30,240 nucleotides of DNA. It comes from Bacteriovoracaceae bacterium. Its GTDB lineage: Bacteria > Bdellovibrionota > Bacteriovoracia > Bacteriovoracales > Bacteriovoracaceae. The notes under the pieces were generated by a model. The model was not told the origin of the DNA, ran no database searches, and saw only the letters and a list, made by a program, of their open reading frames with translations. Shown here one piece after another: positions 9,426 through 17,883 of the stretch. Made by a program: the position numbers and the translations under genes. How positions within the stretch are numbered: the stretch's first letter is position 1; every line of letters starts with the position of its first letter. Location of the stretch: contig JBFGZE010000033.1 in the NCBI GenBank assembly GCA_041586955.1, positions 1 to 30,240 of the forward strand, given 5' to 3'.

Positions 9426-10358
9426 ATGGGTTATATTCCATTTCGTATTTCAACGTTGAGAGCAGAGCATCCTATCCCATTTGGAGTTCATATTCTCTTT
9501 AAGGAGCAATATATACTTTACAATGAGGCGGGAAAGGGATTAGCAAAGGAAACCTTACTTAAATTAAAACAACAACGTATTGCTAAGTTTTACATTCTTG
9601 ATAGCCAAGAACGCGAGTACCAAGACTATTTAGATCAATTATTAAATAACACTCTTAGCGACCCCAATGTCTCAACTGAAGATAAAGCAGCGGTAATAGA
9701 GGGCGCAACAACAACTGCCGTGGAAAATGCCATGGCCAACCCCCATTCTCAAAAATGCTATAATTCAGTGGCCAAAATGGCGCAAAAAATACGAGAGTTT
9801 ATTATCAATGACCCACAGGCGCTGGGCAGTTTATTTGGAGAGACATCACATGATGGTATGCTTTTGGCCCATTCATTAAATGTTTGTGCCCTTTCGATTA
9901 CTTTAGGTAAAATGCTCGGACTGGAACAAAAGCAATTAGACGACCTCTCTATCGCCGCTCTCCTTCACGATATTGGCCATAAGCAATTAGAAAGTAGTTT
10001 TGAACTATTTACCAAAAGTAAAACCGAGTTTGATCTAAAGGATAAAAAATCTTACGCCCAGCATGTCCTTATTGCCCAAGATCTTTTGCAAGATAAAGCT
10101 TATATCGATGAGGATATTTTGCGCCTTATTCAAAGGCATGAAGAAAATCTTTACGGTGAAGGTCCTTTAAAATTAAAAAAACTTGAATTGGATGAAGAAA
10201 TCCTCAGTATCGTCAATGCTTATGATAAAAAAATTATGACTCTCAACCTTAGTCGTGGGGATGCCATCAAGCAATTTATGATAGATGAAGTTGGTAAATA
10301 TAATTTAAAACTACTCACTCAATTTCGAAAAATGCTTAAACTAAGTAACCTCATTTAA
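9426..10358 (+). CDS. HD-GYP-like protein with degenerate GYP motif
   Basis: RBS AGGAGG; HSLNV, ALLHDIG, YAQHV, RHEENLYGEGP (canonical HHExxDGxGYP altered), IVNAYD. Confidence 0.8.
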   Translation: MGYIPFRISTLRAEHPIPFGVHILFKEQYILYNEAGKGLAKETLLKLKQQRIAKFYILDSQEREYQDYLDQLLNNTLSDPNVSTEDKAAVIEGATTTAVENAMANPHSQKCYNSVAKMAQKIREFIINDPQALGSLFGETSHDGMLLAHSLNVCALSITLGKMLGLEQKQLDDLSIAALLHDIGHKQLESSFELFTKSKTEFDLKDKKSYAQHVLIAQDLLQDKAYIDEDILRLIQRHEENLYGEGPLKLKKLELDEEILSIVNAYDKKIMTLNLSRGDAIKQFMIDEVGKYNLKLLTQFRKMLKLSNLI

Positions 10359-10667
10359 AAACGCCCCTTAGGAATATGCGTAGTAATGAGAGAAGATCTA
10401 GTCGAATCGGGATAAATATACCTACCCATTTTTTAAATAAAAGGCCCTATAGTTTCCACCATACATGCTATAGTAAGGTTGCCAAAAAGAAGCATCCACG
10501 TTGCTCAATAAAATATCTGATGTATGTCATTCTCTTTTTTATTACTCGTGGCCTTCTTTAAAAAGGCCGGCAATGCCGCGAGATAAGCTAAGAATAGATC
10601 AGTGATAAGAAACCATCAAACAGATGAATAATAATAAAGTCACGATTAAACATAATTAAAAAAGGAA

Positions 10668-11054
10668 ATGGTGATGACAACACAAAGACATATGAAGGAA
10701 CGAGTTGCTATTCTGGGGGCTTCAGATAAAATCGATCGCTATAGCTATAAGGCCTTTCATATGCTTAAGGATCACGGCCATGAACCAGTTCTGATCTCCC
10801 CTAATTATCATGAAATAGAGGGGCAAGAGGTCTACCATGACCTCTCCTCTCTAAAAGATATTGACACTCTTACCATTTATGTCAAACCAGCGATTTCTCT
10901 CTCTCTCAAGGAACAAATAAAAGCATTGAACCCCAGCCGGGTCATACTCAATCCAGGAACAGAGGATCAAGAACTGGAAGCGTTTTTAAAAAATAATCAT
11001 TTGCCCTTTGAGAAGGCCTGTACCTTGGTACTCTTAACGACAGATCAATTTTAA
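10668..11054 (+). CDS. CoA-binding domain protein (YccU-like)
   Basis: VAILGASDK.DRYSYKA, IDTLTIYV.P, VILNPGTE, ACTLVLL typical of CoA_binding_2 proteins. Start ATG10668 (after AAAGGAA) or ATG10692. Confidence 0.85.
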   Translation: MVMTTQRHMKERVAILGASDKIDRYSYKAFHMLKDHGHEPVLISPNYHEIEGQEVYHDLSSLKDIDTLTIYVKPAISLSLKEQIKALNPSRVILNPGTEDQELEAFLKNNHLPFEKACTLVLLTTDQF

Positions 11055-11524
11055 GTTTCATCTAGTTTTTTAATTAAATTATCCAACTCGCCAGGGGCCT
11101 TAGGAGTCACCGCCATTGAAGCACGCTCCACTGATTTTAATTTTTCAGACAACCATTCAAGACGGCCAATGAACACGGTCATATTAATGGGCGCCTTTGC
11201 CCCTTGTAAATTTTTTAATTGCGCCCGAACCACATCGACCGTATCAAACAGTACAGCGACAATAATAGCTCGCAAGGCCATATCCTTATGCTGAGAGGCC
11301 TTATATCCGATTAATTTACCGAGCTCACAAATAATACCTAATTTAGAATAACCCAAAATACTACAAGTACCATAGATACGATCAATCAATTGGCCATATT
11401 GTTCGAGGAATATTTCCTCATCCAGGCCATTTTCAACATTGTCCAAGGCCTGCTCCATTTCATTACAAATCCCCTCGGCCTCTTCAATAAAAGAAATCAA
11501 TTCCTCATCATCAAAATCATTCAT
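11051..11524 (-). CDS. Stand-alone HPt/CheA-P1-like helical protein with Asp at the phospho-His position
   Basis: FIEEAEGICNEMEQAL...YGQLIDRIYGTCSILG aligns by eye with CheA P1 FFDEADELLADMEQHL...IFRAAHSIKGGAGTFG; ATGA overlap with the upstream gene. Confidence 0.65.
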   Translation of the reverse strand: MNDFDDEELISFIEEAEGICNEMEQALDNVENGLDEEIFLEQYGQLIDRIYGTCSILGYSKLGIICELGKLIGYKASQHKDMALRAIIVAVLFDTVDVVRAQLKNLQGAKAPINMTVFIGRLEWLSEKLKSVERASMAVTPKAPGELDNLIKKLDET

Positions 11525-12681
11525 TTTCTATCCTTCCATATAAAATGTAAGTCCATTATATTAAAAGAGCTATTGAAGGCGCTATTTTGCGCTCCCATAT
11601 TTTCAAGCCATGTTAGGGTGTCATTTTGGAGAATCGCCTCCTCTAAGTATTCATAACCTTTTTTAATTATATTATAATCAATGCGGCCTCCATGGCCACC
11701 ACTTGGGCCATCATCGCCATCAGAAGGAATGGAGCAAAGAATTCCATTATTTTTCTCAAACCAATCAATCCCTAATTCCCACGCCAAGGTACAAAGAAAA
11801 TGAGAGGCCCGACCACCACGCCCTTGATGTCCACTTAAAATAAATGGAAACTCTCCGGACAGACCAAAAATCCCTGCACTCGGGCCTAGACATAATTCCT
11901 TGACGCGAGCAATGGCCTGTGACCCCTTTGTTTCAGATGGCATTTGATACCAATTAATATCATGCCCTCGCTTTTTTAACTCCAAGGAAAAAATATTTGT
12001 ATCGTATAGACAAAAAGATTTTACCCGTTCATCCTCAGGGTTAATTGTCGGGCCACTGCCCACCATTTCAAATTGACCGGATGGAATATCATTCGTCATA
12101 AGATTGACGATTAGTTTCCCCTTCAAAAAGGGTAAAAGGCCACCATTTTTTAATTGGTCCCAGCTTTGACGCCAACGGTTTAGCTCCATGATGCTCATGC
12201 CATTATTCATGTGCTCTTTCATTTCCCTGGCCAAATTATTTAAATCAAGTCCTGCCCTGGGCCAACATAATAGTGCTGATGTACCGCCTGAAATTAAAAC
12301 GATGACCATATCGCGATCCCCAATACTCATCCCCCAGTCCATAACCTCTTGACTGGCCCTTAGGCTTAAATCCCCAGGATAAGGATGGTTGCCCTTAAGA
12401 ACCTTTCCTATTGGCCCGAAATCTAATCTCTCTTCTTTAGTAAGAGTTAAACAATGATCATTTTGTATTTGATGAGTACTATGTCGATTCCATTCTTGAA
12501 AAAAATGATATACTTGACCGGGTGCCGACTTACCCAAACCCAATAAATAAATGTTCTCCACCGGACTTAAGTCTATTGAGCTCCCTGGTAAAACCCATTG
12601 CTCTTTTGTCAATTGTAAATAGGATTGAAAATAGGACTGCCCGCTAAGTAGATCGAGACAATCGGCAATTAATGAATTCAT
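11521..12681 (-). CDS. Glycerate kinase type-2 (DUF4147 + MOFRL)-like protein, divergent
   Basis: GLGKSA, HPYP, LISGGTSALL, LKNGGL, VGSGPT, G.GGR, SDGDDG and NIMDL match the MOFRL-family motif order. Confidence 0.75.
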   Translation of the reverse strand: MNSLIADCLDLLSGQSYFQSYLQLTKEQWVLPGSSIDLSPVENIYLLGLGKSAPGQVYHFFQEWNRHSTHQIQNDHCLTLTKEERLDFGPIGKVLKGNHPYPGDLSLRASQEVMDWGMSIGDRDMVIVLISGGTSALLCWPRAGLDLNNLAREMKEHMNNGMSIMELNRWRQSWDQLKNGGLLPFLKGKLIVNLMTNDIPSGQFEMVGSGPTINPEDERVKSFCLYDTNIFSLELKKRGHDINWYQMPSETKGSQAIARVKELCLGPSAGIFGLSGEFPFILSGHQGRGGRASHFLCTLAWELGIDWFEKNNGILCSIPSDGDDGPSGGHGGRIDYNIIKKGYEYLEEAILQNDTLTWLENMGAQNSAFNSSFNIMDLHFIWKDRK

Positions 12682-13463
12682 TAGTCTTTGTATTTCATTT
12701 TAGGAGGCCTTGTGGCGACAGGGATTCCTAAATGATGGTCCTTAGAGAAACGGTCAAAACCTCTATCATGTGTTTCAATACGGTAATAGTCAATTTCCTT
12801 GGCCAGATGATCGAGTCTGAAATTTAATTCCTGTTGAAGATTAATAGAATCTTTTTTACGGTTTTGTAGCATCTCAATAGCGCGATCTTTGGCCTTTTCT
12901 AAGGCCTGAATTTCTTCATCGTACTTACTCGCAATGTCGAGTCGCTCTTGATTATGAGACCAAAGAAAATGGTTTACATCATTTAATTGCCGCAAAAAAC
13001 TACGTCGTCTTTTAATTAAAACCAATCTCACTTGGGCGGCCTCTCGTACCCGCTCCGCCAATTTGAGAGAACGCCCTTGCATTAAGGCCCCTCGGCGAAA
13101 ATAATGTGATTGTTCTTTACAGGCGTACCAATCCACGACATAGAGGACGATATAATCCTTCTCCACCCCCCGAATACGGGCCTGGCAAAACCCCCCCTTT
13201 TTATTATGAAATCGAAATTCAACAAGGTCACCAGACTTGAAAAATTTAATATTTTTTTGTTCGGAGCGCGCTTTGAGAATCATGCCGCTCGTATCGCGGT
13301 CTGTCACTCGTAAATTAAAGTGAGAATAATCGGCCTTGGGGTCATAAAAACTATCAACATATTCTCCTTGCGAGCTTTCATTTAAAACCCCTTCCTTTTT
13401 GGGTCGTCCCCAGGAACTTGAGCTTAAGGAAAGAAGAATAAATCCAATGGTTAATAGACGCAT
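12681..13463 (-). CDS. Exported hypothetical protein with C-terminal coiled coil
   Basis: Signal-like MRLLTIGFILLSLSSSSWG, beta-rich N-terminal half, heptad-rich C-terminal half; TAATG overlap with the next gene. Confidence 0.7.
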   Translation of the reverse strand: MRLLTIGFILLSLSSSSWGRPKKEGVLNESSQGEYVDSFYDPKADYSHFNLRVTDRDTSGMILKARSEQKNIKFFKSGDLVEFRFHNKKGGFCQARIRGVEKDYIVLYVVDWYACKEQSHYFRRGALMQGRSLKLAERVREAAQVRLVLIKRRRSFLRQLNDVNHFLWSHNQERLDIASKYDEEIQALEKAKDRAIEMLQNRKKDSINLQQELNFRLDHLAKEIDYYRIETHDRGFDRFSKDHHLGIPVATRPPKMKYKD

Positions 13464-13561
13464 ACCGTTATTATCCTTTTTTACATTAAAAAATGTTAGA
13501 GGAAAACTTGTCCGACAGTAGCAAGGCCGTTAATTTAATAGCTCAATTTAAGGAGTCATAA

Positions 13562-14206
13562 ATGGAATTTTTTATCGATACAGGAATTGTTGACGAAATT
13601 AAACAATCATTAAAATGGGGAATTGTTGATGGCGTCACCACCAACCCTTCACTTATTGCCAAGTCCGGCCGGACTCAAGAAGAGGTCATTAAAGAGATTG
13701 CTGGCCTCATTAACGGCCCAATCTCTGCGGAAGTGATCGCCCTAGAGCAAGAAGGTATGCTCAGTGAAGCTCATACTCTCGCTAAGATCCACGATAATAT
13801 TGTGATCAAATTACCACTGACTGAAGCGGGCATTGGGACCTGTAAAATCTTAAGTAGTGAAGGTATCAAAACTAACGTGACCTTATGTTTTTCCTCCAAC
13901 CAAGCTCTTCTCGCCGCTAAAGCTGGCGCGACTTATATTTCCCCGTTCATTGGCCGTCTCGATGATATCGGTCATGACGGTATGCAGTTAATTGAGGAAA
14001 TTAGAATAGTATATGATAATTATGGTTATATGACCAAGATTCTTGCTGCCTCTATTCGCCATGCTCAACATGTTCGCGATGCGGCCCTCGTTGGTGCCGA
14101 TGTGGGAACTATGCCTTATAAGGTGATTGAATCACTTTTCAAGCACCCTTTGACAAGTAAAGGCCTTGACCAATTTATGGCAGATCATAAAAAGGCCAAT
14201 GCCTAA
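13562..14206 (+). CDS. tal: Transaldolase (small FSA/TalC-like subfamily)
   Basis: [27 protein letters not shown] (Glu), Schiff-base [22 protein letters not shown] (Phe). The Glu/Phe pair marks transaldolase rather than FSA (Gln/Tyr). Confidence 0.88.
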   Translation: MEFFIDTGIVDEIKQSLKWGIVDGVTTNPSLIAKSGRTQEEVIKEIAGLINGPISAEVIALEQEGMLSEAHTLAKIHDNIVIKLPLTEAGIGTCKILSSEGIKTNVTLCFSSNQALLAAKAGATYISPFIGRLDDIGHDGMQLIEEIRIVYDNYGYMTKILAASIRHAQHVRDAALVGADVGTMPYKVIESLFKHPLTSKGLDQFMADHKKANA

Positions 14207-14256
14207 GCGCCTGACAGCTCATCAATTTTAAAAAATGACCGATAAGCCCTCTAGCA

Positions 14257-15117
14257 ATGGAGGGTTTTTTGCATTACCTAATCATTTTAATCAGTCTCAT
14301 TATTTGCTCCTGCGGACCCATGCAAGAGGAAGAAGTTCGCAAAAAGGGTATTAATATCCCCTTTGAGTTAATGGACGACTTTAAAGCGCGTTGGCCGGCA
14401 TCGATTCAATCGACACCACTCAACCTCTTAGTGCACCCAAGCTTTACTGCCCTATTTCCGAAATCAGAAATTTTAAATCCAGTCCAACAATGGAATAAAA
14501 AACTGCCGGCCCTGACCTTTATCTCTGAAACACTCGCTAGTTCAGGCCTCAATCTTAATAGAGGGCTTGACCAATTTTATGATGGAGAAATGGGCGTTTA
14601 TTATATGAACTCTTGGTATGATGATTTGTCCCCTGATGCTCTGGCGATCACTCAATATTATGGCCTGCCTCGTTTTAGTAGCGACCTTGGCCAGTACATT
14701 GAATTAGTCCACGCCGATATTATTATTAACGGCCGGGATCATACCTATAGCAATGATCCTAATGATATGATTAATTACGATATCCAATCTGTTCTAGTCC
14801 ATGAATTAGGTCATTTTATTGGTCTTGGTCACGTCTATGATTTTTCAACAGATTCAGTGATGTTTCCCTTTTTAGGGACTGATGAGACAATTCGAGTTTT
14901 AGGCAATGACGATTTTGATTTATTAAATGAACTTTATGGTGGATATAAGAGTTTAGCACTGAGGCCAAAAAGTGGTATTCCGTCTTTATCAGGGCGGGTC
15001 GTTGACCCTACACAATTAACTAGAGGGATTATCCAATTGAAAAAAGATGGCCATTGCGAGCATTATCGGGATGGCCTTTTAATTCATGGCCACAAAGTTA
15101 ATTTAAACCGTCTTTAA
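14257..15117 (+). CDS. Matrixin-family (M10) zinc metalloprotease lipoprotein
   Basis: Lipobox-like IICSC after a hydrophobic stretch; ADIIIN; HELGHFIGLGH zinc motif; Met-turn SVMFP. Confidence 0.85.
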   Translation: MEGFLHYLIILISLIICSCGPMQEEEVRKKGINIPFELMDDFKARWPASIQSTPLNLLVHPSFTALFPKSEILNPVQQWNKKLPALTFISETLASSGLNLNRGLDQFYDGEMGVYYMNSWYDDLSPDALAITQYYGLPRFSSDLGQYIELVHADIIINGRDHTYSNDPNDMINYDIQSVLVHELGHFIGLGHVYDFSTDSVMFPFLGTDETIRVLGNDDFDLLNELYGGYKSLALRPKSGIPSLSGRVVDPTQLTRGIIQLKKDGHCEHYRDGLLIHGHKVNLNRL

Positions 15118-15364
15118 ACTTCTTAAGAATTTCCTTTTCTAATAATTCGACTTGCTGTGGATCGACCTGAGATTTTTTTTCAAGGTTTGCTTTCATATGC
15201 AGACGGATTAATCGCATTTGTTGATGATAGGCCTTACAGGCCTTACAAATCACAAGATGAAGCGCCAAACGCCAACTATCAAGTTGATTGAGATTTTCCT
15301 CACTGCATGATAATTCAGTAATACGCTTACATGATAATATTATTAAGTTCATCCAATTCTTCAA
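15098..15364 (-). CDS. zf-HC2 (ZAS) zinc-finger anti-sigma factor
   Basis: LSCKRITEL...LALHLVICKACKAY (HxxxCxxC); the start overlaps the sigma stop codon; no TM segment. Confidence 0.85.
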   Translation of the reverse strand: MKNWMNLIILSCKRITELSCSEENLNQLDSWRLALHLVICKACKAYHQQMRLIRLHMKANLEKKSQVDPQQVELLEKEILKKFKDGLN

Positions 15365-15954
15365 AGATCCCCCTGACGATATTGGCCTTCAACACATTCA
15401 CGGACACGATTTTTTCCTCTAAATATAAGTTGCCTCAAATTAGCAGACGTGACACCTAAAATGTCACAAATTTGATTGGGCCCTTCTCCGTGGACTAATT
15501 TTAAGCTTAGCGCCATTCGCTGATTAGGAGGTAGCTTTTCGGTACACTTCTCTATTATTTCAAATAGTTCCTTTTGCTCAGATAAATCACGAGGGTCCAT
15601 TTCATCTCTGCGCCAATGGCCATTTTGATCGAAACGACTTTCCACCACTTCATCAATAGGATCCATTTTTTCGAATTGTCTGTCTTTGCGCCAACCTTCG
15701 CTCACTTTATTGTAAAAAATGCCAAACAGGAATGTGCGGATATGACTACGTCCCTCAAAACGCTTAACCACTTCAAAAAAGGTGACCCATGTATTTTGGA
15801 CCACTTCCTCGGCCTTTACCGAGTCAAGTCCCTGGCCATAGGCCGCCCGCAATAATTGGCCGGTATAGGCGTGCACCACTTGCGAAATGGCCTGGTGCCC
15901 ATTATTTTTTAAGCGATCTATAAACTCTGGACTCGAAAAATTCTCTTTCGTCAT
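15361..15954 (-). CDS. ECF RNA polymerase sigma factor
   Basis: Region 2 AEEVVQNTW...FEGRSHIRTFLFGIFYNK; region 4 LPPNQRMAL...ICDILGVTSANLRQLIFRGK. Start moved to ATG15954 (MTKEN); the 15999 start would collide with the divergent gene's upstream region. Confidence 0.9.
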   Translation of the reverse strand: MTKENFSSPEFIDRLKNNGHQAISQVVHAYTGQLLRAAYGQGLDSVKAEEVVQNTWVTFFEVVKRFEGRSHIRTFLFGIFYNKVSEGWRKDRQFEKMDPIDEVVESRFDQNGHWRRDEMDPRDLSEQKELFEIIEKCTEKLPPNQRMALSLKLVHGEGPNQICDILGVTSANLRQLIFRGKNRVRECVEGQYRQGDL

Positions 15955-16006
15955 GGCCTTATTTTTTCCTTGTAGTGGCATTTTGTAAACGGGTATCATG
16001 ATTTTT

Positions 16007-16033
16007 TGTCACAATATTTATAATGCTGACACC
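16007..16033 (+). promoter_or_regulatory. Candidate ECF-type promoter/operator upstream of the arsM-like gene
   Basis: TGTCACA (16007-16013), 16 nt, then CACC. The same stretch forms the inverted repeat TGTCA-N15-TGACA and contains TATAAT (16019-16024). Confidence 0.3.
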
Positions 16034-16057
16034 CATAGATTAAAGAGGAGAAACTTA

Positions 16058-17125
16058 GTGAGCGGTAAAAAAGGGCTTCACCAAGAGGTGCAAGATTATT
16101 ACGGAAAAACTTTACAAACGTCGACTGATTTAAAAACCAACGCTTGTTGCACTGTTCAGTCATTTCCCGACCATATAAAAAAGGCGATGGCCCAGATCCA
16201 TGACGAAGTTCATAGTAAATATTATGGCTGTGGCCTGGCGATCCCTGAAAATCTGGACGGACTCGCCGTTTTAGACCTGGGTTCGGGCTCTGGCCGTGAT
16301 GCCTATATCCTCTCTAAATTAGTCGGAGAAAAAGGCAAAGTGGTTGGCGTAGATATGACCCCCGAACAATTGGACGTCGCTCGCCGCCACCAAGATTATC
16401 ACGCAACAACCTTTGGGCATGGAGAGAGCAATACCGAGTTCATTCATGGCCATATCGAACACCTCGACCAATGTGGCCTAAAGGACGAGTCCTTTGATGT
16501 CGCCGTTTCAAATTGTGTTATCAATTTGGCCAAAGATAAAGAAGCTGTTTTAAGAGAAACTTATCGTGTCCTCAAAGAAGGCGGAGAGTTATATTTCAGT
16601 GATGTCTATGCTGACCGACGCATCCCCAAGCATTTAATCGACGACCCAGTTCTCTACGGTGAATGCCTCAGTGGCGCACTTTATTGGAATGATTTTTTAA
16701 CATTGGCAAAAAAGGTTGGTTTTATCGATCCACGCACAATTAAGTCCATTCCCATCACCATCGAAAATAAAGAAATAGAAAAAAAGGTGGGCAGTATTAA
16801 GTTTTATTCCGTCACCTACCGCCTTTATAAAATAAATTCCCTAGAGTCTGATTGTGAAGACTACGGGCAAGCAGTGGCATACAAGGGCACTTTAAAAGAA
16901 TGCCCTAATGCCTTTGAGTTAGATGATCACCACCTTTTTGAAAAGGGCAAAGTTATATCAGTCTGTGGCAATACCTTTGATATGTTGGCGGCCACTCGCT
17001 TTAAAAATCACTTTACCTTTTACGGTGACCAGGAAACCCATTACGGTATTTTTGAAGGCTGTGGTGGTGCTGCCCCATTTAATACTGGAAATACCTCCAC
17101 CCCGGAGACAGGAGCTTGCTGCTAA
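16058..17125 (+). CDS. arsM: Arsenite S-adenosylmethionine methyltransferase (ArsM/AS3MT-like, long Cys-rich form)
   Basis: RBS GAGGAG then GTG16058. VQDYYGK, TNACC, YYGCG, SAM motif VLDLGSGSGRD, GVDMTPEQL, SNCVINL, YGECLSGALYW; Cys-rich tail CEDYGQ...VCGNT...GCG...ACC. Confidence 0.85.
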   Translation: MSGKKGLHQEVQDYYGKTLQTSTDLKTNACCTVQSFPDHIKKAMAQIHDEVHSKYYGCGLAIPENLDGLAVLDLGSGSGRDAYILSKLVGEKGKVVGVDMTPEQLDVARRHQDYHATTFGHGESNTEFIHGHIEHLDQCGLKDESFDVAVSNCVINLAKDKEAVLRETYRVLKEGGELYFSDVYADRRIPKHLIDDPVLYGECLSGALYWNDFLTLAKKVGFIDPRTIKSIPITIENKEIEKKVGSIKFYSVTYRLYKINSLESDCEDYGQAVAYKGTLKECPNAFELDDHHLFEKGKVISVCGNTFDMLAATRFKNHFTFYGDQETHYGIFEGCGGAAPFNTGNTSTPETGACC

Positions 17126-17883
17126 TGAAAATCCTATTCCTTATTCTTACCTTTTGGATGACTTCCCTTTGGGCCTTTGATCACACTCATCAAAGCTATC
17201 ATCAAATTCTTCAAAAACACGTCGTTGTTGATGGCCCCCAAACCTATGTCAACTATAAAAGTCTGAATAAGGAATCCCAGACCTTTGACCAATATTTATT
17301 ATCTTTGTCCCAGGTAAGCGCTAATGAGTACCAAAAATTTTCTAAGGACGATAAATTAGCGTTTCTCATCAATGCCTATAATGCTTTTACTATTAAACTC
17401 ATACTCAATAATTACCCTGTCAAAAGTATTAAAGATATTGGTCACCTCTTTAAAAATAGCTGGAAAATTAAGTTTTTCACCCTCCTCGGGGAACAAAGAA
17501 ACTTAGACAATATTGAACATGACATGATCCGCAAAAACTTTAAGGAACCACGAATTCATTTTGCGGTGGTATGCGCGAGTATCGGTTGTCCTCCACTTAT
17601 GCCGCGGGCCTATCGGGGCAAAACTCTCGAACACCAATTAACACAAGCTGCAAAAAACTTTTTATTAGACTCTAAGAAGAACCGCCTCGATGTACAGAAA
17701 AAAACTTTGTATTTAAGTAAAATCTTTAAATGGTATGGTGGGGATTTCATCAAAAAATTTGGCAGTGTTGAAAATTATATTGCAGGAATCATGAGTGATG
17801 ATCCAAAAGTCAGCGCCATGATTAAAGACAAAAAATTCGAGGTTATATATAATCATTATGATTGGAACCTTAATGAACGATAA
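17125..17883 (+). CDS. DUF547 family exported protein
   Basis: TAATG coupling to arsM; signal peptide MKILFLILTFWMTSLWA; LAFLINAYNAFTI, LDNIEH..IR, EPRIHFAVVCASIGCPPL, LSKIFKWY..DF, YDWNLN. Confidence 0.9.
   Translation: MKILFLILTFWMTSLWAFDHTHQSYHQILQKHVVVDGPQTYVNYKSLNKESQTFDQYLLSLSQVSANEYQKFSKDDKLAFLINAYNAFTIKLILNNYPVKSIKDIGHLFKNSWKIKFFTLLGEQRNLDNIEHDMIRKNFKEPRIHFAVVCASIGCPPLMPRAYRGKTLEHQLTQAAKNFLLDSKKNRLDVQKKTLYLSKIFKWYGGDFIKKFGSVENYIAGIMSDDPKVSAMIKDKKFEVIYNHYDWNLNER

Noticed and set aside
10376..10561. 61-aa plus-strand ORF in the intergenic gap
   Set aside because: No recognisable motif, atypical composition and only a weak, closely spaced RBS.
13562..14206. Fructose-6-phosphate aldolase (fsa) call
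   Set aside because: SAEV (Glu) and SPFIGR (Phe) are the transaldolase-type residues.
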